Positions 13,591-25,388 of a stretch of DNA of 64,000 bases are shown one piece after another. The notes under the pieces are model-generated. The model saw only the letters and a list, made by a program, of their open reading frames with translations. It was not told the DNA's origin and did no database searches. The stretch is from Selaginella moellendorffii. Lineage: Eukaryota; Plantae; Lycopodiophyta. Numbering within the stretch: position 1 is the stretch's first letter; each line of letters starts with the position of its first letter. The stretch lies in assembly GCF_000143415.4 (NCBI RefSeq), contig NW_003314318.1:62001-126000 (forward strand), read 5' to 3'. The translations under genes and the position numbers were made by a program.

Positions 13591-15291
13591 ATGGCGCAGG
13601 CCCCTGACGCTCTACATCTGGTTGGATCGCTGTCCTCATCGTCGCAGAGATCGCTGCTGCAAAACGGCAAAGAGGTGAGTAGTGATCTTGGCAAGACGCT
13701 CGAGGATGAAGCGCGGCAGCAGCAGCAGCAGGAGGCGAGCGAGCGATGGCGGATTTCCAATCTAGCGTTCTTCCAGCGCCTCACTCTGGGCTACTCCTCG
13801 TTGGCATCGCAAGCCCAGCCAGTATTATCCCCGACCAAGACCTTCCGCAGGATCGCCATAGCCCGAGAGCTCGTTTCGATCAACACCCCCGACGTGGAGG
13901 AGCCCGCGAGCAGCAGTCACGGGATCCGGCTGAGAGAGGGCGTCAACCTTCCAGGGGTGGGCGAAATTCGCTGGAAGATCATGAAGAACTACGCCATGGA
14001 GTGGCTGAAAAATCCCAAGAACTTAGCTCTCCTGGTGTGGATCCTGGCGGTGGCGGTCTCGGGGGCTATTCTCTTCATGGTCATGACGGGCATGCTCAAC
14101 CATGCCATTCCCAAGAAGAGCTCCAGGGACGCCTACTTCGAAGTGAACAACCAGATACTCAACGCTCTCTTCACGCTCATGTGTCTCTACCTTCATCCCC
14201 AGCGCTTCCTCCATCTCTATCAGCTCCACCGCTGGAACAGGTCCGACGTCCTTGCGCTCCGGAAGATCTATTGCAAAGACGGTCTGAGGAAACCACACGA
14301 ATGGGGTCATATGCTCGTCGTGGTGATCCTCCTCCATCTCAATTGCTTCTCACAGTACGCGCTGTGTGGACTCAACTGGGGGTACAGGAGATCGGAGAGG
14401 CCAGCGATCGGAGTGGCGGTGTGCCTGGCAGCAGCAATCGGCTGCGCTGCCGCGGCTGGGATCTACAACACTTTGAGCCCGCTGGGAAGAGACTACGTCC
14501 AGGACGAAGAGGCCGGCCAGCTACACCTCCATGAGGATCTAGAAGCCGATGCTAGACCGTCTAGCATCGGTCGCACAGGTGGTCGGTTCTACAGCCTTTT
14601 GGAACGTAGGAAGTCTTTCGCTTCGAGAGATGGCAAGCTGGTGGAGCGGCCCGAGTGGCAAGGTGGTGTTTTAGATTGCTGCATGGACCGGGAGGTGGCG
14701 CTCATGTCTACGCTGTGTGGATTCTGCGTCTTCGGGTGGAACATGGATAGGCTGGGTTTCGGCAACCGGTTCGTCCACATTGCGACGTTCTTGCTCATAT
14801 GCTCGGCTCCATACTGGATCTTCCTTCTGGCAGCGGGCAACATCGACAACAGGTACGTGAGGCAGGGGCTGGGATTCGCAGGGATAGTGCTGTGCGTCTT
14901 CGGGCTCATGTATGGTGGTTTCTGGAGGATCAAGATGCGGACAACTTTCGGGCTTCCTGGTCAGAGGTGGTGCTGCGGGCAGCCGAATATGACAGACTGT
15001 GCACTGTGGATGTTCTGTAGCCTGTGCTCGCTGTGTCAAGAGGTCCGAACGGCAGCTCGCTACGACGTCCGCGATGACAAGTTTTACGTCAAGGAACCGA
15101 CAAGGAATCGGGAAGGCTCGTCGTTTTCGTCGTCATCGCCATCGCCATCGTCTTCGCCCAAGCCGTCTCCGCTGGGTCGAGAGCAGGCCAGCAAGGCACC
15201 GTTTGACACGGAGCTCAAGGTGGAAATGGAGATGGTTGCTCCATCGCCAGTGGTCGCGGACAGGAATGAGATATTGGAGAAGAGCTCTTGA
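13591..15291 (+). CDS. PLAC8 family membrane protein, intronless
   Basis: 566-aa ORF with several TM segments and the C-terminal PLAC8 motifs WQGGVLDC...CGFCVFG and DCALWMFCSLCSLCQEVRT. Confidence 0.9.
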   Translation: MAQAPDALHLVGSLSSSSQRSLLQNGKEVSSDLGKTLEDEARQQQQQEASERWRISNLAFFQRLTLGYSSLASQAQPVLSPTKTFRRIAIARELVSINTPDVEEPASSSHGIRLREGVNLPGVGEIRWKIMKNYAMEWLKNPKNLALLVWILAVAVSGAILFMVMTGMLNHAIPKKSSRDAYFEVNNQILNALFTLMCLYLHPQRFLHLYQLHRWNRSDVLALRKIYCKDGLRKPHEWGHMLVVVILLHLNCFSQYALCGLNWGYRRSERPAIGVAVCLAAAIGCAAAAGIYNTLSPLGRDYVQDEEAGQLHLHEDLEADARPSSIGRTGGRFYSLLERRKSFASRDGKLVERPEWQGGVLDCCMDREVALMSTLCGFCVFGWNMDRLGFGNRFVHIATFLLICSAPYWIFLLAAGNIDNRYVRQGLGFAGIVLCVFGLMYGGFWRIKMRTTFGLPGQRWCCGQPNMTDCALWMFCSLCSLCQEVRTAARYDVRDDKFYVKEPTRNREGSSFSSSSPSPSSSPKPSPLGREQASKAPFDTELKVEMEMVAPSPVVADRNEILEKSS

Positions 15292-15343
15292 GCGAGCCAG
15301 TTCTTCTCAACTTGATATTTGGAGCTAACAAAACCAAATGCTT

Positions 15344-15753
15344 TCAGGCAGCCGTAGGAGCTGCTGCTGGTGTTTGGCTGCTCACTTTGAGGTTGCCAAG
15401 AGCATCAAGGACGTCGTCTTCGTCGTCGCTCAAAACCTGCGGCAGGGCAACTCCCATCTCGTAAATCTTTGCTCGCTGCAAGATCTCCGCCACAACCCAC
15501 GCTTTTCTCTTGCTCAGCGGCCTCGAGGGGTTGAGCCTCACCTGGAAGAAAGGAAGAATCGTCGAGCAAGGGAGAATAGGGGAGCACGCACCCGGTCGCC
15601 GATGTTGCAAGCGTTGGCCTCGTCGTGTGCCATGAGCCTGGTCGTCTTCTTGACGTATTTCTTGTACAGTGGGTGCTGCGTGAATCGATCCACCCCCACC
15701 ACCACTGATTTTTGCATCTTGTTAGACACCACAATGCCGATGATCCTCCTCAT
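15344..15753 (-). CDS. rps17: Organellar (bacterial-type) ribosomal protein S17; intron 15542-15591
   Basis: [51 protein letters not shown] spliced to [17 protein letters not shown]. Confidence 0.9.
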
Positions 15754-17161
15754 TCTCTCGCACCTAAACCCTAAAAGGTATTCCGTGCTCTCTTCCAATC
15801 AGGGTTTTAGTGGCCCAGCTAGGGCGACGAAAAGAGAATCAACAATTTCCCTTAAACCCTTGTTTGTCTGTTAAATTATTAAATAAGAGTTGTACTTTAA
15901 TAGTTATACTCATTATTACTTCATGAATAATGTTGTTTAAGCTTATTTTATTATTAATGTTAAAATCTCATCCATTCATTTTATTATTCCTTCTTTGAAG
16001 GAAAGATAAATTAGAAATAATGAGGTAAATATTGAAACTTTCGATTTAAACTAAGTTTTCGAGAATTAAGAAAATGGTAAGACAAATATTATTCGTTATT
16101 TTCCTTGAGAAAAAATGATTATATAGTATTAAAATTTTAAAAATAATTATTTATACAAAATCAATTATGTTTTAGCGAAATTTCAAAATTTTACAATTAG
16201 TTTTATTTTGAAAATACAACTTTGTGAGTTTATGAGAATGTAGGAGTCCCGTCTTATTATTAGCTAAAGAATAGGTTTGAATTGTCATGGGACTATTTAG
16301 TAAAGATTTCTTGGTCATGGAAATTAAATTGTGGCATTTAATTTTATTTGACGCCTTTTTGTTTCCTCATGTAACACTGTATTTGAAAACGCTTTCAAAG
16401 GTAATGTAATGATTATAAAATTAATTTAGAAAGTAATTAAAATGTGAGAAAAAAGCATCAAATGTGAAAAAACTCTAACTCTTTTATTTAAAAAAGATAA
16501 ATAGTTAAATAAAATGTTATTGCTTAGTTATCCAAGGGTCAAAAAAATATTATAGAAAAATATAGCTTCTGGTGAGATGAAGTTAAAAACAACAAAGAAA
16601 AAAGAGAATTTTCTTTAAGCTATATAGTTATACATGACATTTAACAACATAGCTAATATTGTTTAAAAAACAAAATTATAAATGTTAAAGAATTTTTAAG
16701 CACTTTGATCTACCCATTTTTATGAGTCCCACATATAATATGATACATATATGAAACACAGTAAATAATTGAAAATGACAAAGAAAAAATCAAACACATA
16801 AAACCATAGTAAAGGAAAAATTAACTAAAAATAATAATCAAAAAAAGAATAACATATATATTAATGAAATCCTTCTTCTCATCATCAAAGTTAATGAATT
16901 AAAAAATTCACTCAAGTTCATAAACATTATTTTCCTATAGTGTAATGCTATTTTATTCTGTTGTAGCATTATTACATGTTTTATATTTTAAGATGATTAG
17001 TGTTACATGCAGAGGATTCCCAATTCAAATCCCAAATTCATGATTAAATTCCCAAGTTGAGGGCCACCACTATGTTATATGTGGTAATTTTTAAAAGTTT
17101 TTAATTCACCCTAATTTGCCTTAACTACCCATTTATCTTATCCCTAAGATTTAGTTTTTTT

Positions 17162-17469
17162 TTGGTTTGCTTAAGCAAACCTATAGGGGGACTAGGATGG
17201 TAGTGAATATACCTAGAATATGCTTGGATATTCTAGGATATTCTACCATCTAACGGTTGTTATTCATTTAGATTAATCTTGTATTTATAATTTATAAACA
17301 TGTTTATAATTTATAAACTTTCTTAAACCTTTTCTAGTATATTCTTTTTTATTCTACCATCTAATGGTTAATATGTAATAAAATTAATCTTGTATATATA
17401 AATTACAAACATGCTTATAATTATAATTGGATTAATAAGTAGTAATAACACTAGTATTAAGCAAACCAA
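17162..17469. mobile_element. MITE-like element
   Basis: 13-bp terminal inverted repeats TTGGTTTGCTTAA / TTAAGCAAACCAA, AT-rich interior with internal direct repeats (TATTCTACCATCTAA twice), absent from the paralogous spacer near 24.9 kb; no clear TSD. Confidence 0.5.
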
Positions 17470-18215
17470 GCGTTGCTACATGCAACACGTAGCAATTTAT
17501 TTTCACATGTATAGCCAAGTTTCCTCCCAGGTCAACCCACAGGATCCTAGGCCAAGAATCAGAGCCTGGACACTGCCAAGTTGGATCCCAGACCCAAATT
17601 GCCCAAAACAGGCATATATAACATGGGCATGTAATACTGCTATTAACATCTGACTAGAAGCATAGAATTGAACAAAGGAAAATATCCTTTTCTTTGATGA
17701 TGTTTGATATAGAGAGTGATTATTGTAACATTGATTTAAAAGTTATGGATGAACCAGGTAACATAATAGTACACTAACAATATTCCTAAACATGGATAAT
17801 CTAAAAATGCATACCTTTATTGATAAGGGTGATCTGACAAAAAGCAAAAGAATAAATCTAAAGTAAAAGTAGAATACCAAAAAGCCTCCAGGGAATAATA
17901 TTTATTCATTAGGGCAAACCTTCTCAATTAATATAGAGGTGCTGAGACTCACTCTTACAAGAGTTTTGTTCCAATGGAGGCATCTTGGCAAGAATTTGTG
18001 GCATTTACTGCAAGCCATACACAGAATTCTCTTGGGCATTAAACCTGCGATGCTGTCCTTTAAACCTTCACTCAGACACGACTTCTCATTGGCCCACTGC
18101 CTCCAGATTGTTACTGGGATGAGACAAAGTCAAGCAAGTGGGTTTTGAAAGCAAGACCTCATCCCCATTCCCATTTAGTGTACGGCTTATCACTGCTGTG
18201 TTTTTCCTTCCATTC

Positions 18216-19782
18216 ATGGATCTTCTCTCCCTCCCAAGTTTGAGTGCCTTAGTGCTGCTTGCTGCAGCTCTCTGGTTCTCTTCTACTAGAAGAAGAAATC
18301 CTCCAGGAAATCTCCCTCCAGGACCACTCAACTTGCCAGTCATTGGCTGTCTCCACAAGCTCGGCTCGCTCCCTCACATTTCACTCCACAAACTCTCCAA
18401 GAGATATGGCGATGTGATGCACTTGAAGCTCGGCAGCGTGTCCACAGTCATAATCAGCTCCGAGAGAGCTGCCAGAGAGATTTTCAAGCGCCATGGCCTC
18501 GAGTTTGCCTCCAAAGCTCCACTGATCTGCGGGAAATACTTTGGCAACGACTACAATGGTCTAGTTTTCAGCCAATACACTCCGGAAGTGAAGCTCTACA
18601 GGAAGCTCATCAACACTCACTTGCTCTCCCCGACCAAGCTCAAAATTTACGATGGAATCCGTCGCGAGGAGCAGCGCCGTCTCGCTCGATCTCTCAGTGA
18701 CGAGCGAGGGAATCCGGTCCTCCTGCGGCAAAAGATCCACGACATGAACATGAACGTTATAACTTACATGCTATTTGGGAAACGCTTCTGTGGACACTAC
18801 AAGAACACTGCGAATGTCGACGAGTTCGTGCAAGCGATCGTGGAGATGGTTAGGCTGGCCGGGATCTTCAATGTGAGCGATTACATCCCTGGAATTCGCT
18901 GGCTGGACGTCCAAGGCCTGGAGAAGAAATACAAGCAGCTGATGGACCGGGTAAACAGGCACCTCTTGTCGATCTTACGAGACCGGCGAGGGGATCCTCC
19001 GGTTTTCACTAGCGACGAGCCCATGGCTTTCATCGACGTGCTCATTTCCATGGGAGAGAAGCTCTCAGACACCACCAAAATCACACTTTTGCTCGTAAGT
19101 TTCTCTTGGTCAAAGTTGTTCTTCTTTTAACGCTAGATGAATCCCACAGGATATGTTGCTGGGTGCTGTGGATACTTCGGCTATCTCGCTAGAATGGGCC
19201 ATGGCCGAGCTTTTCCGGCATCCAATTGAATTCTCGAGAGCTCAGAATCAAATTGATGCAATTGTTGGCAAAGAAAAACTTGTGGATGAGTCAGACATCG
19301 CAAAGCTTCCATACATCGAGGCCATAGCCAAGGAAACAATGAGGCTCCGGTCAGTGGCTCCGCTAGCTCTTCCCAAGATCGTCCAAGGAGGCCCGATTGA
19401 GCTCGATGGCTACACCCTCCCGGACGGGACTGTGATCTACATCAGCAGCTATTCGATCGGTCTGGATGAGAGGTTTTGGAAAGATCCTCTTGAGTTTCGG
19501 CCGCAGCGTTTTATCGACTTGCCAGACATCGATGTCTTTGGCCAAAGTTTCAACTTACTTCCGTTTGGAACAGGGAGGAGAGTTTGTCCCGGTGCAAAGC
19601 TTGGATTTGATGCTGTCCAGATGGGTATTGCAACGCTCGTTCAAGGATTTGACTGGAAGCTGGATGGAGATCTTGATGATCCGGCAAAGCTGAACATGGA
19701 TCAAACATTTGGACTGGTTTGTCAAAAGAGTCAACCTCTTGTAGCTATCCCAATCCCCAGGCTGGATTCTCACGTTTACTAG
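18216..19782 (+). CDS. Cytochrome P450, CYP71 clan (A-type), copy 1, intact; intron 19095-19149
   Basis: TM anchor, PPGP hinge, GAVDTS I-helix, KETMR, PQRF, PFGTGRRVCPG heme motif; single phase-0 intron before the I-helix. Confidence 0.95.
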
Positions 19783-20083
19783 AAACATTAGCTCATACCA
19801 GCTTGTTTCTTCCATAAAGTTTGCTTCCTCTCCAGGAAAACTATCATAATTTCGTGTGTGACGATCGAGGAACTATCATAATTCAACCATTGGTTTTCTA
19901 GCCTTTCATTGATACAACTGATCAATATAACAATGTATCAATTCACATGGACCATGTGGAAGAAGAGTAATCTATACAATAGTTCCAAACCGGATAAACT
20001 CTTACCTCCACAACTGATCTTGGAGGCTGGAGATTTTCTAGAAATGGTGGAAGCGGAAATAGAAAGATATTACATGAAAGTGA

Positions 20084-20755
20084 TCACCTCCCGAAGACGC
20101 GACCAAAGAAACTCGTGGAAGAGTTTGATTCCTTACGTGAGCGTACCTCCCGAGCTCATCTTTGGAGTGTGGTTCTTTCGATGTGTCTTTGCCACAAGCT
20201 TTGCATCGCCTGTCCACCCATCCAGTTTCAACGTACGCACCCTTCACTGATTGGTCACCCAACATCTTGGCATTGAGAAAAATGAGGACGAAAAAGACAA
20301 GAGCCGAGGAGTAAAAAACACTCAAAAGACTTGTAAATACCATCGATTGATTCTTTGTAGAAATCCTTGTAGGTGCCACCGCCGACACGCTGGATTTCTC
20401 TCAGGCAAGGTCGGCGAGGGACGCTGATTTGATCGACGAGGCTCGTCAGGCTACAGAGTCGGGCGAGAAAATGTCCCGAGAGCAAGTACCACGTCTTTGA
20501 AAAAGAACATCCAACTCGTGCGAATTTCTCATATCTCGCTTCTTGACTTTTGCAGTACGCAGCTCTGAGGCGGAAGATTGATGCTAGTCAGAAGCGATGC
20601 ACTCCCCTCGCCGGGAGGAGTTTCATCCTTTCTATCCTGTGCCAGAAGAACTATACTAACTTTTTTGTGGGGGCTGTGATTAACTTCCCACTGCTGCTGC
20701 TTGATCGATCTGCCAAGAAAACTCCCCTTTGTTGCTGCAACCGAAGCTGCCACCA
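20084..20755 (-). pseudogene. Broken copy of the conserved plastid-type protein gene
   Basis: Homologous to 27239-27934 but the ATG is lost, ~20382-20579 is inverted, and there are indels in exons 1 and 3. Confidence 0.85.
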
Positions 20756-20928
20756 AGAAGAAACGAAAAAAGAAGATGACCAACTTTGAAAGAATCGCAC
20801 CCCGCCGCCCCTCCGTGGTGGTATCGAGGAAGAGGTGGTCCGTGAAAATTATCGTTATGGTATGTCATCCTGCTTTGCAAAAATACCGATAAGACTTAAC
20901 TCCTTACTCCATACTTCTTCCGTCAAAT

Positions 20929-20982
20929 GGGGGAAAGTGCAGCACCAATCAATCCATGAGAAATCATTTGTAAAATTGCTCC
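20929..20982 (-). other. ndhD: Plastid-derived fragment (NUPT) of ndhD
   Basis: Reads GAILQMISHGLIGAALSP, versus the NdhD motif GAILQMISHGLIGAALFF; lies in a ~190-bp insert absent from the paralogue at ~27985. Confidence 0.75.
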
Positions 20983-21111
20983 TTCGGGTGGCTTGTAAAG
21001 CGGACATGCGTTCTCTTTCCGCCTCCAGCATTTACATGGTCTTGGAATCTTGGATCAATGCAGGACCAAACAATGTTCTTCACATAAACTGTGCTTGTAT
21101 GTTTTCCTTAT

Positions 21112-21200
21112 CTGGAATGGGCCATGGCCAAGCTTCTTCTGGAGTTCTCAAGAGTTGTTGGCAATGGACATTGCATAGCTTCAGGCCATAACCAAGGAAA
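21112..21200 (+). pseudogene. Heavily deleted relic of P450 exon 2
   Basis: Ordered blocks CTGGAATGGGCCATGGCC, TTCTCAAGAG, TTGTTGGCAA, GACATTGCA.AGCTTC, AGGCCATAACCAAGGAAAC match 19189-19338 with the intervening bases missing. Confidence 0.65.
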
Positions 21201-21395
21201 CTTCCTTCGGCCTCCCTGGAGTATTCCAAAAGCTTTTAAGAAGTTTACTATTAATGCACATTAACACTTTAAACAAAAGAAAAAAACACTCTATAGAAAT
21301 AACATGTTAATAAAATACATATCTATTTTTTATGATAGAGTAGAAGTGAAAGAAATTATTGTACTTAACTTACTGAAACAACATAATAATAAAAA

Positions 21396-22520
21396 CGCAA
21401 TTACTCGTCCTGCACTTGCTGAAGCTTCTTTGCTGCTGCTCTCTATCTTACAGAAAAAATGATCCAGATCATTTCATCTTCTCAACGGTGCTCGTCTTCG
21501 AAGACTGTTCTGTTAAGTCTTCAGTATATTCTTGATCTTGCCGCCTGTGATTTAAACTATGACGTACGAGATCGAGCCTGGATTTGACGAGTTCTCTTGG
21601 CTGGCCATTTAGACGCTATCAAGCACCATTCGTCATATGACGCAGATCCACGTATGCCGGAGATTATCGACGCTATTTTACTCAACATTGATCAGTCAAA
21701 ACTTGATCCAGGTGTACTATCCAAAGCTGCCAACTCCATGTTTCTTCGCCAGAAGTCGGTACCATCGTTGAGTTTACAGCCGTCCACATTCCTACCAGGA
21801 TCGATGTCTCATATGGTTCAACACATGTCTCCTGGATACAGACCTCTTCCACGCGAAAGATACACGGATTTGAGTCCTTCCAGCCCAACTTTACCCGAAA
21901 GAGAACCCGAACTTCAAAGCCAGAGTGAAGCTACGGACTCGGGTAGTGAAAGCTTTGATGACGGGAACTACGATCTTGCTGTTATAAGCGACGGCAACAG
22001 GAACAGAGCGAAGGAGAAAGCAGATTTAATTTCGCTGTCTGACACGGAACTGCTAGGCGGGAGTATCAGCTCCGACCTCCTTGACGAGCTCGCCTGAGGA
22101 TCTGTCCCCGTCTGTGAACCTTGAGTCGTGGCGTGGACCTGAAGAACCTTCCAATTCGCCAGAGGACTTCGATAAAATCTCCAACTCTGAAGTGAAAAAG
22201 GTGCTGGCTCTTGACTTCACAAACGGAGACGAACTGGAAGTTCACTACGGCTTTATGAGAGATCCTTCCATATTTTCGTCCAGCATGGTGTGTGTGAGGC
22301 TCTTCCTTCACAACAAATCGTCAGAACCAATGGATGGGATAGAAATCAACGATGGAGAAACTGCAGGGTATGCAGCTGTTCTTTTTTCTTGGCTTGTCTA
22401 AATTGCTCTCTTTTCTCTCAGATGCCAGACTGCTTTTGAGTGTGGCACAGCGAGAATCATACCACCGGAAGCAGTTGCTCTCGAATCTGGGAAGCGGCCC
22501 AACTTAATATGGTAACTTAA
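21396..22520 (+). pseudogene. AP-3 complex subunit beta, 3' fragment
   Basis: DLNYDVRDRAW followed by TGA (TTA in the other copies); FLPGSMSHMVQHMSPGYRPLP; LDFTNGDELEVHYGF ear region; frameshift/stop near 22097; no 5' exons. Confidence 0.85.
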
Positions 22521-22802
22521 GTCCTGTTGTCTGTTGAAGATTCGTTTGTAACTTTGTTGTTTACTAGGAATTTTCCTAGATGGTGGCGGCTCTTGCGTTT
22601 GCCGCGAGTTCATGTTAATTCAAGCTATTGTTCATTTGGTTTTGTTTGACACCTTTTTGTGTTTTCATGTATACTCGGGAAAACTTCCAGAGGTAAGGAA
22701 AACTCTTTCTTTTTCTTTGCTGCTTTTAACTACATTTCATTAGGCTTTCGATGGAAACCAAAGTTCCCAAGTGGTAAGACAAATCTCAATCATTCGTGCT
22801 TT

Positions 22803-23190
22803 CTAACAAAACCAAATGCTTTCCAACCATGGGAGCTACTGTTGGTGTTTGGCTGCTCACTTTGAGGTTGCCAAGAGCATCAAAGATGTTGTCTTCATCG
22901 TCACTCAAAACCTATGGCAGGGCAACTCCCATCTCATAAATCTTTAATCACTGCAAGATCTTTGCCACAACCCACACTTTTCTCTTGCTCAGCCTCACCT
23001 GTAAAGGAAGAATTGTCAAGCAAAGAATAGGGAAGCACACATCTGGTTGCCAATGTTGCAAGTGTTGACCTCACCATGTGCCATGAACCTGATGGTCTTT
23101 CTGATGTATTTCTTGTACAGTGGGTGCTGCGTGAATCAATCCATCACCACCACCACTGATTTTTGCATCTACCACAATGTCACACCTAAA
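22803..23190 (-). pseudogene. Degraded rps17 copy
   Basis: Collinear with 15325-15775; deletions remove the start region; many C>T and G>A changes. Confidence 0.9.
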
Positions 23191-23837
23191 CTTTAAAAAG
23201 ATTTCAGTGCTAACAATTTTCTTTAAACCCTTAGAATTTGAGTGAGTGATAAATTTTTAACGGCTCTTTAATCTATTAAATAATTAAGCTTCTTAACTAA
23301 GAGTTACTTATTAATAGTTATACTCGTTATTTTCATAAATAAATGTTGTTCAACCTCACTCTATTATTAATGTTGGACTCTCATTTATTTATTTTAATTG
23401 AAAATAAAAATAAATTGAAATAATGAGCTGAAGATTTGAGAAAAAAATTATATATTATTGAAAATTTTAAAATTATTATAAAGGTTATTAAACACTACAA
23501 TGGTAAAAAAATGGTAAAAGTAATTGAAAATTTTAAAGTTATTATTTATAAAAATCAACTTTGTTTTAGCAAAAATTAAGTAATGTTAGCTATATTGTCA
23601 AATGTTATATATTACTAACTTTTTATATGTTTAGCGATGCACAAGCATCACAATTCAGAACCACCAATCAATGACCAACACTTGTTTCTTTTTTGACTTT
23701 TAAAAAACTAAATAGTGGTATATCATTCATTATTTACCTTTATTGAATAAATGTATTAAATTTTTAAATTCAAGTAGTGAGGAAAAAGTATGTAGGTTAA
23801 TGCATTCTTTTTGTCTTTTTAGTATATTAATCATTTT

Positions 23838-24487
23838 TGTCAATAAAATACACAATAATAAAGAAAGACTGGAAAAACTCCCCTAAAGCTTGTATTTCAG
23901 CAATAATTACAAATCACTCATACTAACTGCACTGGGCTTGCAATAACTCCTCTATGATCACGTCTAGGTAATGATACCACACTTGACCACAAGTTGGACA
24001 GGTAGTTGAAATTTTCTGCTCCTCTCGAATTTTCAACTCCTTGATTGCATGCCTTATCCGCATATTGTTGGTGATGTGATCGGTGACGGGATCTCAATGG
24101 TATATAGGAGGTCCCACCATCTTTGAGCAGAAAGAACTCAAGAACTAGAGAGAGAAAACAAAAACAAAAACTGTAAAAAAAACTAAATGGCCGTACCAAA
24201 AATTTAAACACCAACTAATGGCTGAGACTTCTCCAACTAATAATTCTTCATCCACAACTTCGATTGACTTAATTTCACCACCAAAGAACTTCCCTTGATA
24301 AGATTTTCAATTTCATAAAAAACAACTTCAAATTCTCACTTCTAAAATCCGTCACTTTTCCCCTCTCTAGACGGAATATTCTCAGGAAGCTTCTTCAATG
24401 AGCTTCTTCTTTTTCTAGCTCAGAAATACGTTAGTACTCACAAAAGTAACCTCAAGTGTGAAAATATGACTGTATATATAGTTGATA
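23838..24487. mobile_element. Solo LTR, 650 bp
   Basis: Termini TGTCAA...TTGATA (decayed TTGACA), flanked by ATTTT on both sides; empty site ATCATTTTCCACAC at ~41161 and ~63875. Confidence 0.8.
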
Positions 24488-25388
24488 ATTTTCCACACTT
24501 ATATTTTTTTCTCAGATTTTTAATTACTTTCTAATAATTTTATAATGTTTTCATTTATTTTAAAAACAAAACTAACTACAAAATTTTAAAGAGACAAAGT
24601 TGTAGATGCTAGGGAATTCATAAACACTTTACCCTGCCTATTTCAGACACTTGATATAACATATATATAGAAGAATAAATGGTTTAAAAATGACAAAATA
24701 TAAAAATATAAAATGTAAAATATAATAAAGGCAAAAAAAAGAGTTAAAGAAAAAAAACACTTTTTAATGAAATCCTATTAAACTAAAGGATCTATTCAAA
24801 CTCATAAACATTCTTTTTCCATGATGTAATGCAATTTTATTTTTCTATAGCATGACTCATAACATTATATTACATATTTTACGTTTTAGCACCCAAATGC
24901 AAGTATAGAATTAAACAAAGGAAAAAACCTTTTACTTTGGTAGTGTTTGATATGAAAAACAATTAATTGTGACATTGATTTAAAAGTTATAGATAAACCA
25001 ATCTAGAATATCAAATTGAGCTAACACAATTAAATGTTATAGCATATCTAAAATCTCTTGTACAATTGAAAAAGGTAGCTATACTTGAAAGCAAAAGAAT
25101 AAATTAAAGTAAAATTAGAATACCAAACCAATGTAAATGCGAACAATATTTATTCGTTATGGAATCACACTGGCATGGTTCAAACCTTCTCTAGGGACAA
25201 GATTTAACTAATAGCACGGCTTGGAGGTGCTGAAACTCACGCTCACAAGAGTTTTGTTCCAATTGAGGCATCTTGGGAAGAATTTGTAAGACATAGTGCA
25301 TATGCCACCACTAGGCATTTGCTGCTAGCCATACACAGAATTCCCATTTAGTGTACGACTTATCACTGCTATGTTTTTCCTTCCATTC

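Noticed and set aside
17001-17648. TGTTA...TAACA-bounded insert as a solo LTR
   Set aside because: No target-site duplication (ATTAG vs TCTGA); reported only as an insert containing a MITE-like element and a repeat fragment.
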